A stretch of DNA of 46,059 nt from a virus (Duplodnaviria; Caudoviricetes). The position numbers and the translations under genes are program-made. Each line of letters opens with the position of its first letter. Position 1 is the first letter of the stretch. Positions 37,045 through 46,059 of the stretch are shown here, piece by piece. The DNA is taken from the IMG/VR virus record IMGVR_UViG_3300037464_000033, positions 1-46,059 of that record, one strand, 5' to 3'. The notes below the pieces were generated by a model. That model saw nothing but the letters and a program-made list of their open reading frames with translations. It was not told the DNA's origin and did not search any database.

Positions 37045-38030
37045 CAATCCTGCAAAATTCCTGCTAAATATTGAATCCTTAGCGCCATCGGCACAGCTTG
37101 CATCGGGGTGCAGGCTGCACCGTAGTGATTGATGCACTCCCGCCGACCTTTTATTCGCTTGCCGTCTATTCCGGCGCGATCGGGCGGGGGATTGTCGAGC
37201 CACCATCCCGATCGTCCAATCCCAACAAGCCAAGCTGGGGCATCAGCACCGACTCCGCCCAGTTCAGGGGGAATCCCATCATCCATCCCCATACTTGAGG
37301 GTTTGCTGACTGTCCTAGCCCAATTGCCGTTAACTGTCCTTTCAAAGTCGCGCTGTTGGCATTTTGCGGTGTTGCCAACTTCAAGTAACCAGTCAGGTTC
37401 ATCCCCCCAGTTGCCCCGGAGTTGTATCCCTGCATCCCGTCGTTGGCTCTGGGAGTAGGAATAGTTGCGCGCGATCGCAATGTGCTCTCCAATTTGTTCC
37501 TCCCAGCCGGTGAAACTTTTCCGTTCCCGGAGGGATAGGTCGTTGCGGTGGGCAACGATAAAAATTCTCTTTCGTTGGTGTGGCGCTCCGAGTTCCGCTG
37601 CCGATACGACGATCGGGCCCTCAACTTGGTATCCGACCATTCGGAGGCTGGCAGCCACTTCTCTAGCTCCGCGATCGAGCGCTCCCTCAACATTTTCCCA
37701 ACCGATAAATTTCGGTCGGCATTCATCGATGATTCGCAACTGCTGCCACCACAATCCCGATCGCTCTCCATCAAGTCCGGCTTTGTTGCCGCAAGCGGAC
37801 AAGTCTTGGCAGGGACTGCCGCCGATAATGCAGTCAAACTCTTCAAATTTTGGGTTGAATGTGCAAACATCATCCCAGATTGGGGTGTCTGGGAACCGCG
37901 CGGCATAAACCAGTCGGGCGGTCGGGCTGATTTCGATTGCCCTTCTAAATTGAAATCCTCCGGCAAACTCGAATCCAAGCCTAATACCTCCTATCCCGGC
38001 AAACAATTCCAAAACTGATAACTTACTCAC
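37044..38030 (-). CDS. DNA cytosine-C5 methyltransferase, large (alpha) chain lacking motif IX
   Basis: LELFAGIGG (I), GGSPCQDLS (IV), ENV (VI), HQRKRIF (VIII), YGAACTP (X-like); GTG start at 38030 with GGAGG SD. Confidence 0.92.
   Translation of the reverse strand: MSKLSVLELFAGIGGIRLGFEFAGGFQFRRAIEISPTARLVYAARFPDTPIWDDVCTFNPKFEEFDCIIGGSPCQDLSACGNKAGLDGERSGLWWQQLRIIDECRPKFIGWENVEGALDRGAREVAASLRMVGYQVEGPIVVSAAELGAPHQRKRIFIVAHRNDLSLRERKSFTGWEEQIGEHIAIARNYSYSQSQRRDAGIQLRGNWGDEPDWLLEVGNTAKCQQRDFERTVNGNWARTVSKPSSMGMDDGIPPELGGVGADAPAWLVGIGRSGWWLDNPPPDRAGIDGKRIKGRRECINHYGAACTPMQAVPMALRIQYLAGILQD
37166..37978 (-). CDS. Nested alternative-frame ORF: putative beta chain of the C5-MTase (TRD-like region + motif IX)
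   Basis: 270 open codons inside the MTase gene; LPTA/IPTP/LATP repeats and NPQVWGWMMGFPLNW. True start uncertain. Confidence 0.72.
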   Translation of the reverse strand: MDSSLPEDFNLEGQSKSARPPDWFMPRGSQTPQSGMMFAHSTQNLKSLTALSAAVPAKTCPLAATKPDLMESDRDCGGSSCESSMNADRNLSVGKMLRERSIAELEKWLPASEWSDTKLRARSSYRQRNSERHTNEREFLSLPTATTYPSGNGKVSPAGRNKLESTLRSRATIPTPRANDGMQGYNSGATGGMNLTGYLKLATPQNANSATLKGQLTAIGLGQSANPQVWGWMMGFPLNWAESVLMPQLGLLGLDDRDGGSTIPRPIAPE

Positions 38031-38427
38031 GCTTGTCCTCCCAATCCCACAAACCTTGATACCCCCGCTGGGGAATTGGATCGATAGCCCGCACGTTTTC
38101 CAATTTCCAAGCGTATCTCCCAATATTCCAATCCCCGCACCGTTTCTCGGTATCTGATTGCGAGTTTATAAATTCCCGATCCATCTGGATGCAGTCAGTT
38201 AAGTCGGCGATCGCCACAATTGCACCTAGCGGAAATTCTGATTTGTCTTTTTTGCCTAATAATTGCAGCAACTGCGGGATGTGTATAAATTTTTTGGTTG
38301 CGTGAATTGCAAGCTTGCCTCTGTAGCGGGTATCCCAGGAACGTGTCTCATATTGTTTGTACCCGCGAGCTATCAAACTTGCCCACGGTTGGTGCAAGCT
38401 GATAGCTTTGATTGTTTGCCCAGCCAC
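38023..38427 (-). CDS. ASCH domain protein
   Basis: KAISLHQPWASLI..GYKQYETRSW...YRGKLAIHA; RGYQGLW. Confidence 0.92.
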   Translation of the reverse strand: MAGQTIKAISLHQPWASLIARGYKQYETRSWDTRYRGKLAIHATKKFIHIPQLLQLLGKKDKSEFPLGAIVAIADLTDCIQMDREFINSQSDTEKRCGDWNIGRYAWKLENVRAIDPIPQRGYQGLWDWEDKRE

Positions 38428-38453
38428 AAACCCGCAATGTGACTGGGCAGTAG

Positions 38454-40424
38454 CTAGTCCAAGAGTGAAGCGATAGATTCCCGACCTAGACGATCGATCA
38501 ATTCCCGGACGATCGTCCGCTGCTGTGATCGGGGCAAAACTTCGATCTTGGCTATTAGAGCGAACAAATCTTCTTCTGAGATTTCGCTGTGCGTCAAATT
38601 TTCCAAAACTTTGGTAGGTTCTGGCGAAGATGGCAGGTCTGATTCGATCGTCATTACTTCTTCCTCTTTTTTCAAATATTTCTGTGGCAACCAGCTAATC
38701 TTAGTTGGCTCATCCGAGATCAATGCTAATGTTGTTTGCCCGCGAGTTAGCGCGACATAGAGCAAGTTGTCTTCCTGCTCGCGCTCGGTTGCAGTCTGTT
38801 TTTTGTGAATCAGCGGCATATTCTCCGCATTAATCACAAAAGCCACGTCTGCTTCGCCACCCTTGCCGGAATGAATCGAATACAGATTGATTGCTTTGCC
38901 TTCAGACTTATCAAAAATCCGATTGATTGAAGATTCCCACTGGGCAAGTGTTTGCGGTTCGTAAGCCTCGTAAAGTGACAAAATAGCAGCCAACATATCA
39001 TTGAGCATTTCGAGTCGCTGCTCGCCGTCCTCATATGCAAACAATCTTTCCCGCTCTGCTTGCTCGTATTGAGCGATTAATGAAGGAAAAATTTTGTAAC
39101 TTTCCGCATAATCGCACTTAAGTTTTTTGCAGATTTTATCAATTTCTGCAACTATTTTTTTTCCCAATGAGGAATCCTTAATTTTTACAGGCAGCCCCAT
39201 CCCCAGCAACTGTAAAGCTGTGATGATCAAGGGTGCGTTACGGCGACAAATCCCGATGTAAGATAAGTTACGATCGGCAAACAAACTGGGAAACTCTGCC
39301 CACTTAAGCACTTTGACTTCGCCTTCGACCGCGTTCGGTGCCGGCTCAATCGGAATGTCGGGAAAAATTTCTCTCACCAAGCGGAGGTGAGATTTTCCGC
39401 AGCGGTAGTTGATTGGCAGTAAGAAACTTTCACAGTTAAAATCCCGCTGAAAGCGATCGATTCCGTCGCTGACACAACCTCGAAACGAGTAAACGGCTTG
39501 CCTGCGATCACCCACCGCACACAAAAAATTGTGGAACGGATCTATCAATCTAGACAGCAGCTCAATTTGCATCGGATCGGTATCTTGCGCCTCATCTACC
39601 GCTACAAATTTTAGACACTGGCTCCATTTTTGAAAAGTAGGAGCAAAATTGTTTTCCACTTGTTCGGAAGAATGATAAAAATTTTTCATTCCTGCAAGCA
39701 ATACCCAAGCTTGATCGGTGAAATCTATCCAATATTGTTGGCAAGCTTTTTGATAACCTTCTTGCAAACATCTATTTAAGGCTGCAAGTATATTTTTTTC
39801 TAACAGCGAACCTTTTATGATGATTGGCACTAATTCTAAATTATCGTAAATCAGCACTGCCAAATTTTCTGAAGTAACTGGCAGGCAATAAATGCGAAAT
39901 TTTTCCAGCAAATTTGAAAACTCGCGATCTAAAAAGTCTGCGGATTCTTTCAAATCACCGAACAAACTGCCAGCAATTTTTACCAGTTCTCCCCGCCAAA
40001 ATTCATAACGGGAGATGTACCCAAATTCTCTGGCGATTTTGGTGTACTTCAGGTTTTCGACTTTCCACAAGCGATTATCTACTACACCTGTGGCATCTTT
40101 GAGAATTTGAAACCCTAACGAATTGAGAGTACAGACTGAGTTTACCCATTCATTACCGCACTGCATTTTCAACTTTGATTGCAGGTCGGCTTTATTTTTT
40201 CGCCCAAATACCACCAAACGCACTTCATCAGGATCGACACCTATATCAGCCAACTGCTGGCAAATTTGTCCCAAAATAAATGATTTGCCAGTGCCGGCGA
40301 AAGCTTCAATCAACATTCCTTTCAATTCCAAGTCGCAGGGCGGGAAACGCAACATATCCGCTAAACGAATATCTACGCCCTGCAAAATTAACTCTTGAAA
40401 TTTTGATAATTCCATTTTTACCAC
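38454..40424 (-). CDS. Superfamily 1 (UvrD/Rep-like) helicase
   Basis: AFAGTGKS, VDEAQD, VGDRRQAVYSFRG, INYRC, SIHSGKGGE, LYVALTRG. Confidence 0.93.
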   Translation of the reverse strand: MVKMELSKFQELILQGVDIRLADMLRFPPCDLELKGMLIEAFAGTGKSFILGQICQQLADIGVDPDEVRLVVFGRKNKADLQSKLKMQCGNEWVNSVCTLNSLGFQILKDATGVVDNRLWKVENLKYTKIAREFGYISRYEFWRGELVKIAGSLFGDLKESADFLDREFSNLLEKFRIYCLPVTSENLAVLIYDNLELVPIIIKGSLLEKNILAALNRCLQEGYQKACQQYWIDFTDQAWVLLAGMKNFYHSSEQVENNFAPTFQKWSQCLKFVAVDEAQDTDPMQIELLSRLIDPFHNFLCAVGDRRQAVYSFRGCVSDGIDRFQRDFNCESFLLPINYRCGKSHLRLVREIFPDIPIEPAPNAVEGEVKVLKWAEFPSLFADRNLSYIGICRRNAPLIITALQLLGMGLPVKIKDSSLGKKIVAEIDKICKKLKCDYAESYKIFPSLIAQYEQAERERLFAYEDGEQRLEMLNDMLAAILSLYEAYEPQTLAQWESSINRIFDKSEGKAINLYSIHSGKGGEADVAFVINAENMPLIHKKQTATEREQEDNLLYVALTRGQTTLALISDEPTKISWLPQKYLKKEEEVMTIESDLPSSPEPTKVLENLTHSEISEEDLFALIAKIEVLPRSQQRTIVRELIDRLGRESIASLLD

Positions 40425-40452
40425 TGCTTGAATTTTTGCAAATTACCTGAAG

Positions 40453-40647
40453 TTACGTATCAACGACTAAGTAACCCATCCGCCGAAACATTTCGGTTTC
40501 TGCTTTAGTTTTTGGGGTTTGGCGGGGAATGCGACCGGGCAATTCTTGCCGATCGACCCAAAAGGCAAACCCCTCAAATTTGAGAAGGACGCGATCGCCT
40601 TGTATGTCGGCGATCGCAGCCAGACCCCAGCCGGGATAAAAAATCAT
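40453..40647 (-). CDS. Small hypothetical protein (SH3/KOW-like)
   Basis: ATGA overlap with upstream stop; MIFYPGWGLAAIADIQGDRVLLKF. Confidence 0.6.
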   Translation of the reverse strand: MIFYPGWGLAAIADIQGDRVLLKFEGFAFWVDRQELPGRIPRQTPKTKAETEMFRRMGYLVVDT

Positions 40648-43418
40648 TGTTGCCAAACTGCTACGGCAGCAGCTTCCTTGCATGGATACCCTCCATTTCC
40701 GATTTGCCCTTGGTATCGCCACACCCTGCGTGTTTCCCCATCAATCACGCGCAAACTCAAGAAAACGCTTTTGCCTTGTTTGCCGTCAACCCTCGTAACA
40801 AACTCTGGCGTTTGTGCTGAAAAGTCTGGTGCCTGTGCAAACTCCAGTTTCAGCAACAACTCGTAGACTTTTTGCTCTTCTTCGCTAAGAGAGTCCCAAA
40901 CTTTAGTTCTAACTAACTCAGGAACTTCTGCTGAATTTATTTCTTGCACGGCTTCAGCATCAAATTTAGAAAGTGCTGCGCGAATCAATTCTACAATTTT
41001 GATTTCATTGTCGGTTAAAAATTCCTTGTCAGTCTCAATTGTCTCATTGTTATCGTTTTGGATATCGCGTTGTAGTTCAGAATGTGCGAGTTCGGAACGC
41101 GCTTGCTTTTCCTCCAATTCGAGGGGCAACAAGCTTAAATCTTCCTCTGCCAATTTTACCAACTGACCGATGCTGGGTTTGACAATCTTAACTTCGTAAG
41201 CAAAAGGTTGCTTAGCGTTGTCTGTAACCATCCGCTCAGGAATTCTTGGGGGTAAACACTCAAGCTGAATAGATTCTTTCAGAAAATCAGCCCATTTTTG
41301 GGCCCTAGCTTTAGCTTGGGCTTCGGTTTTGGTGCCATCGGGTTTTTTGTTAGAAAAAGTAGCATAACCTTCAAGAATTTCTCCAGTATCGCGCTGCTCA
41401 AGGTAGCCAACACAGTTGGTGATTTTTACCAATTTCACAAACTTATCCTCTTCCTTGGCGTGAGGATTAGCTAGTTTTTCTAGTCGCTCCGCTTCTTTGG
41501 TTTGGTAATCTACAATTAATTGTTCACTAACATCTATCCAACTACGATCTCCTATTTCTGCTGCCAGTTGAGATGTTGAAAATACTAATTTAGGTTTTCC
41601 CTGAGTGTCTTTTTCCTCCAAACTCATAAACCTAAAGGTTGCGCCTACAAGGTTACTTTCGCTATACTGGGGATAAACTTGAACAGCAAAACCCATCACC
41701 TCAAACTTAGTATCGGTTTCAGATTTTACTGATTCTGGTTCTATGCTTAGGCTTGACTGCTGATTTGATTGCAGTAGTGTTTTATCTGCGTTCCAGCGGG
41801 CAATCTTTTCTTTATTTTTTGCCTCTTCCTTTAAATCCTTTAAAAAATAGTTAGCATAGCCTAGCGCGACTTGCTCAACACTATCCGGATGTCTTTGATA
41901 GAGAAAAGTTCGAGCAGACTCAAAATACTCTCTAGTAGTTCCAGTCACGTCTGTTACAGTGATGCGAACTTCTTCTGATTCAAAATCTACTATGTCATCG
42001 GCTGGAGCAATTATCGATTCAAGGGTAACAGTAACGTCCAATTCCTCAAAAGTGAAATTGCTGTTGCCAAGTAGTAGTTTTTGCAGCGCTGTTAGTTCAA
42101 CCTCTGCAGCAGTGGGTGTAACTGCTACGACTTCATCAATTATTTTGCGAGTCCAGGCGATGATGGCATCATGATCAGTAAAGTTCTGAGGAAATGTAGA
42201 ATCATCGTCACCAATGGAGTCGGCATCGGCTGTCCAAAACCCTGCACTAGGATTGTCTAATCCAATATCTACAACTTGATTTTTTAACTCTCCAGTAGAA
42301 GTTACACCAGTTTTATCTGTAACTGTGTAATATATCGCCCATTCTTGATAATCTTCGTATTTATCCCTGGAGTCGTAGCAATCACTCACTTTCAGATCGG
42401 GCATGAAGAACCCATGAGAGCGCAAAATAGTTTTGACTGCATCTGTCGCGTCGTATTCTTCGCCTGTTGTTAATACTTCTTCAGTGCTTTCGCTTGTAGA
42501 AGAAAATTCCAGAGGCAAAACTTGCTGCCCTGGAGCCTTAAGATTTTCTACCCGATCAATCAGTTGTCGCGTCCAGGCAACAATCTCATCAAAATCAGCT
42601 AGGGATTCGGGAAAAGTCGAATCTAGTTCTTGAATAATCTCGGTACCAGCGTCCCAGGCTTGAGATTCGGGCTGTGTCGCACAGTGTAACCCGATCGCCA
42701 CAATGCCACCGTTAGGCACAGAAAAATAAACATCCCAGCCTCGGTAAGATTCGTATTTTTCATTGGCATCCCAAAAGGTGAAAAATTGTTCAGGGTGGTG
42801 AAATCCTGTAGATTGGAGAATGCTGTCAACCGTGTCGTAAGCTTCGTCTGACTCATATTCAGCCTCACGGGGAGTGGGAACACTAGAAAAAGTATTGCCA
42901 ACCCGCAAAAAACCTGTAACCTGAGCTTCTTCTTCGACTTCTGGGGTTGGGTTTAAGTATTTCTCTACATCGTCGTCGCATAAACTGTTTTGACCCGGTT
43001 CATGCACAAGCCCACAAGCAGGGCACGGGGAATCAGTTGTGGAAGATAAATTTTGAGGGTTGTAGAGTTGAGGGTATTTTGTAGGCCAACTCGCAGAAGA
43101 GTCTTCAAGTTTCTGCTTAAGTTCTTCTAATTCTGCCTTGAGCTTTTCATTCTCAGCATTAGCAGTTTCCCACTGCCGCAATTCATCTGTTGCCAGCGGT
43201 TGCACTGACAAATTGTACTGCTGCCCTATTGCTAAAATCTCTTCCCAAATCATCGGGAGTTCATCTGAAGCTTCAGTGGCATAATCTGCCAACAAAGCAG
43301 CTAGCAAGTTTTTGACAGGGGCCGTATTGTGCTCCAGTTCTTCGAGTTTTGCGATGCGAGCGTCCAGGGCTTCTTTTTGTTGCTGTAACTGCTGAACTTT
43401 GGCGTTAATTCTGTTCAT
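40644..43418 (-). CDS. Large acidic multidomain early protein with internal duplication
   Basis: 924 aa; N-terminal coiled coil, CPAC..H...C, two ~105-110 aa acidic repeats. Confidence 0.8.
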   Translation of the reverse strand: MNRINAKVQQLQQQKEALDARIAKLEELEHNTAPVKNLLAALLADYATEASDELPMIWEEILAIGQQYNLSVQPLATDELRQWETANAENEKLKAELEELKQKLEDSSASWPTKYPQLYNPQNLSSTTDSPCPACGLVHEPGQNSLCDDDVEKYLNPTPEVEEEAQVTGFLRVGNTFSSVPTPREAEYESDEAYDTVDSILQSTGFHHPEQFFTFWDANEKYESYRGWDVYFSVPNGGIVAIGLHCATQPESQAWDAGTEIIQELDSTFPESLADFDEIVAWTRQLIDRVENLKAPGQQVLPLEFSSTSESTEEVLTTGEEYDATDAVKTILRSHGFFMPDLKVSDCYDSRDKYEDYQEWAIYYTVTDKTGVTSTGELKNQVVDIGLDNPSAGFWTADADSIGDDDSTFPQNFTDHDAIIAWTRKIIDEVVAVTPTAAEVELTALQKLLLGNSNFTFEELDVTVTLESIIAPADDIVDFESEEVRITVTDVTGTTREYFESARTFLYQRHPDSVEQVALGYANYFLKDLKEEAKNKEKIARWNADKTLLQSNQQSSLSIEPESVKSETDTKFEVMGFAVQVYPQYSESNLVGATFRFMSLEEKDTQGKPKLVFSTSQLAAEIGDRSWIDVSEQLIVDYQTKEAERLEKLANPHAKEEDKFVKLVKITNCVGYLEQRDTGEILEGYATFSNKKPDGTKTEAQAKARAQKWADFLKESIQLECLPPRIPERMVTDNAKQPFAYEVKIVKPSIGQLVKLAEEDLSLLPLELEEKQARSELAHSELQRDIQNDNNETIETDKEFLTDNEIKIVELIRAALSKFDAEAVQEINSAEVPELVRTKVWDSLSEEEQKVYELLLKLEFAQAPDFSAQTPEFVTRVDGKQGKSVFLSLRVIDGETRRVWRYQGQIGNGGYPCKEAAAVAVWQQ

Positions 43419-43448
43419 GGTTTTAAGAATAATTTTTTGGTAAACGAT

Positions 43449-43477
43449 CGGCTAGGAAGCAATTAACCGCCTAGCCG
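43449..43477. terminator. Intergenic hairpin
   Basis: CGGCTAGG-N13-CCTAGCCG. Confidence 0.45.
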
Positions 43478-43485
43478 TGAACTAA

Positions 43486-44151
43486 CTAGCTAGCGGACGG
43501 TAGCGCCGGAACGTCTAACACGTCATCAGTAGCAGCAAATGCTTGCTGAGAATAAGCGTTGCCACTCATAACGTAAGCAGTCTCTTCCTGTGTGAGGTTG
43601 TCCAGACACTGCATCCCTTTTGTGCTTTCAAAATCAATCATTCGAGCTTGATTCGTCGGACTAGATATGACCGCAGCCGCTTGCTCCAGAATTGAAAAAT
43701 CTTTTCTTTCTTCCCAAGTCCAAATAAGTGCATAGTAATTGCCCTTATCGTTTGTGAACTTTTTAAAGGTTGGAGTGAAAATGCCTGTAGCGGGTTCAAC
43801 GCCACGAGATTGTACTTCTGTCACCAAACGATTAAAATCTCGCAAGGATTGAGTCTTGATATGCGTGACCATCACAACGCCTTTGGGCAAGTCGCCAGAC
43901 TCGGCAATAAACCAAATTTGACCCCACAATGTCTGATTGGTTTTACCGAGAGAACCGAAATATTTGGAAAACTTGAGGATTGTCATTGAACATTTGGAAC
44001 CGTAGTCAGTATCACCGATCGCCCACTGCCCCGACTGGCAGTTGTTGCGAACTGCGATCGGGATTTCGGGAACTAACAGTTCGTTAGCTCCTTTTGAGCC
44101 AAATACTGAAAATGCGGCGGGGCGTTGTTGGTTTTCTGTTTGCTTAGTCAT
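43486..44151 (-). CDS. Hypothetical early protein, possibly ssDNA-binding
   Basis: 221 aa, beta/aromatic-rich with acidic tail; in the helicase operon. Function is a guess. Confidence 0.65.
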   Translation of the reverse strand: MTKQTENQQRPAAFSVFGSKGANELLVPEIPIAVRNNCQSGQWAIGDTDYGSKCSMTILKFSKYFGSLGKTNQTLWGQIWFIAESGDLPKGVVMVTHIKTQSLRDFNRLVTEVQSRGVEPATGIFTPTFKKFTNDKGNYYALIWTWEERKDFSILEQAAAVISSPTNQARMIDFESTKGMQCLDNLTQEETAYVMSGNAYSQQAFAATDDVLDVPALPSAS

Positions 44152-44253
44152 GATGGTATTAAGTTGAGTTTGGTTGATTTAGTTTGGTTTTGGGTTTTGG
44201 GTTTTGCCTGCCCTTATAATGCTCCTGCTGGCACTGAGCCGACAGCCGACTTA

Positions 44254-45873
44254 TTACTTCGCGCAACTTGCGCCTCGTCGCCCTAGTTTGTGTTCCTGAG
44301 CGACTTTCTCTAGGTATCCGATCGCAATTTTTTTTGAGTAAAATGGATGGCCCGTGTCAGTCTGACTCCAAATAGACCATGCCCACCAGCGCCCATCTTG
44401 TCCTTGTTTAATGCGACCAATTCCGTTGTAATTTTCTGTTTCTCGTGCAAAACAGGCATACTGTTTGTACATCCTGGGATTGAAATTGCGTCCGGCTTCA
44501 ATCGCGGCTCTGATTTGTTGATGTCGCACGTTGGGTTGCTTAGTTTCTGAAGCCGTAAACCCGGCCTTAATGATGATAAAAATTTCATCGTTGCGGATAT
44601 AGAATTGGCGGATTGCACCTTTCTTGCCTACGATCGTCCCTTCAACAAGTGGCGTCCGCCAATAGATAGTACCTTCCGGCTCAATGTTGGCGACTGGCTG
44701 CTCATCCAAATCGTCGTCATAAGTGGGCGGCAGAATAGATGGGTCAAAAGGTGTTATTTTAAACAGCTTGTTTAATTCTGTCATTTGTGTTTCTAGTTGT
44801 TGGATTACGGGGGAAAGTTGCGGTTTAGATTCTGGACGATTGTAGAACTCAATATCTCGTTCAATCTGCTGTAAACGAGTGTAGGCAATCGCCTCTTCTT
44901 CTGAATCAATTACAGTTTTCTCAGTTGCTAGTTGCGCTTCCATTTCCAACTGGGACAAATAGGCTAAATCGTTGAACTTGCAATCGTCTTCGCTTTCTTT
45001 CGTAAAAGCTGTCATGAAATTATCGTCAGCTTTTGGCTTTGTCGCGTGGGGTATACATGCGATCGTAACAGTCGGCTTGGGAAGGCTTAAAGTCACCCGA
45101 CCGCGACCGTTGTCGCCTCGATTTGGGGGTGCGTCGTCGGTTGCAGTAACGACAGTTTCGGATACTTCAATTTTAACTGTTTCGATTACTTCAACTTGGC
45201 CCTGCGTGCGGGACACTTCACCGTAGCAATTGATTACAGGATCTCCATAGAAATCAAAATCTAAAGCGGTTTTAGCTTCCCACCAACCTTGAACTACGTT
45301 GCCCGACACTCCACACTGATGTCGGTGATTTTCTATCTTAATTCGGTGACCAAGAGATCTTTCTACGTCACAAGCTAAAGGATTTAACTTTTCAGATAAG
45401 GGGCAAGTAGCGCAGGTCATTGGGGTTGCAATATGTTCCGGTTCAGCGATCGTCTGTGGCTGTGGTGGCTGTGCAGCGATGATGCGGTTTTCATAGTCGC
45501 GACGGGTGCGCGATGCGGCTGTTGCTTTCAAACCTAAGCTGGTGTGCAGTTTTTGGACTTGGTTCCAAGTTAAGGTTTTGAGCGTTTCGACGGTGTGCGC
45601 CGGTGCACTGGCTGCTGGTGCTTCGACTTCGACCAACTCTTCAACTGCTTGAGCTGCAAGTTCTCCAACCACCCATTCTTCTGTGTGGCGATCACGGCAG
45701 CTCGGAAAGGTGACTACCAAGCAAGTGCGGCCGTCTTTGAGGGTTTCCTTGCCGACAACGCGGGCGATCGGGGCGAACGGTTTGCGGATGATATCTCCCA
45801 CTTGGCATTCAGGTGTGGCATCTTGCCAGATTACTTGGGCGGGGGCTTGGGGTTTAAGGGCTGTCAGTGTCAT
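44254..45873 (-). CDS. Hypothetical multidomain early protein
   Basis: First gene after the strong promoter; CATC...C motif; ATG at 45873 (TTG 45897 possible). Confidence 0.75.
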   Translation of the reverse strand: MTLTALKPQAPAQVIWQDATPECQVGDIIRKPFAPIARVVGKETLKDGRTCLVVTFPSCRDRHTEEWVVGELAAQAVEELVEVEAPAASAPAHTVETLKTLTWNQVQKLHTSLGLKATAASRTRRDYENRIIAAQPPQPQTIAEPEHIATPMTCATCPLSEKLNPLACDVERSLGHRIKIENHRHQCGVSGNVVQGWWEAKTALDFDFYGDPVINCYGEVSRTQGQVEVIETVKIEVSETVVTATDDAPPNRGDNGRGRVTLSLPKPTVTIACIPHATKPKADDNFMTAFTKESEDDCKFNDLAYLSQLEMEAQLATEKTVIDSEEEAIAYTRLQQIERDIEFYNRPESKPQLSPVIQQLETQMTELNKLFKITPFDPSILPPTYDDDLDEQPVANIEPEGTIYWRTPLVEGTIVGKKGAIRQFYIRNDEIFIIIKAGFTASETKQPNVRHQQIRAAIEAGRNFNPRMYKQYACFARETENYNGIGRIKQGQDGRWWAWSIWSQTDTGHPFYSKKIAIGYLEKVAQEHKLGRRGASCAK

Positions 45874-45925
45874 AATGTTTATGTTGCTTTTGGGCAATCC
45901 CCTTTTTAAGGGGGCGGTACGCGCG

Positions 45926-45967
45926 GGCGGCTTACACTTTGTTTTCCAGACGAGGGTGTGAGCCGCC
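45926..45967. promoter_or_regulatory. 15-bp leader hairpin of the early operon
   Basis: GGCGGCTTACACTTT-gttttccagacg-AGGGTGTGAGCCGCC. Confidence 0.6.
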
Positions 45968-45981
45968 TTTGCTATATTTCT

Positions 45982-46010
45982 AGTATGCTACCCGCGGTAG
46001 TAACTGTCAA
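45982..46010 (-). promoter_or_regulatory. Strong sigma70 promoter with operator-like palindrome in the spacer
   Basis: TTGACA-17 nt-CATACT; CTACC-N3-GGTAG at 45988-46000. Confidence 0.75.
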
Positions 46011-46059
46011 GGGGTTTCTAAAAGTTTTTTGGGATTTTTTACCACCTGAATTTGCAAAA

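Larger units (their letters stand above)
1..46059. mobile_element. Cyanobacterial siphovirus-like prophage/phage genome segment (incomplete; no integrase in window)
   Basis: Terminase-portal-protease-capsid-tail-TMP gene order, no tail sheath, opposing early operon; many HIP1 GCGATCGC sites (e.g. 3829-3836). Confidence 0.93.

Noticed and set aside
38031-38123. N-terminal extension of the MTase in the ORF track
   Set aside because: It overlaps ASCH; GTG at 38030 has a GGAGG SD and sits right before motif I.
44170-44206. GGTTTTG heptamer x3 (telomere-like)
   Set aside because: Too short; ordinary low-complexity intergenic sequence of the kind common in filamentous cyanobacteria.

Overview
A 46 kb segment of a temperate siphovirus-like (pro)phage from a cyanobacterial host, inferred from frequent HIP1 GCGATCGC sites. 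From left to right: (i) a minus-strand tRNA/structured-RNA locus (5'-truncated tRNA-Ser(GCT), atypical tRNA-Met(CAT), three structured non-coding segments) with a GNAT + TGT-like fusion gene lying antisense inside it; (ii) a plus-strand morphogenesis operon with TerS/TerL, portal, prohead protease, capsid, neck, tail tube, tail chaperones with a lambda-type GGGAAAG -1 frameshift, C39 peptidase, tail fibre, a 2521-aa tape measure and tail-tip proteins; (iii) cargo: a GT2 glycosyltransferase, an unannotated peptide, a sulfotransferase and two membrane proteins; (iv) a minus-strand early operon with a C5-methyltransferase apparently split over two nested reading frames, ASCH, a UvrD-like helicase and a large acidic protein. 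No integrase, reverse transcriptase or CRISPR array is visible. The best candidates for something undescribed are the tRNA/ncRNA/GNAT-TGT locus, a set of miniature paralogs of tail-assembly proteins, and the peptide-GT2-sulfotransferase cassette. All calls come from reading motifs by eye; no database search was run.
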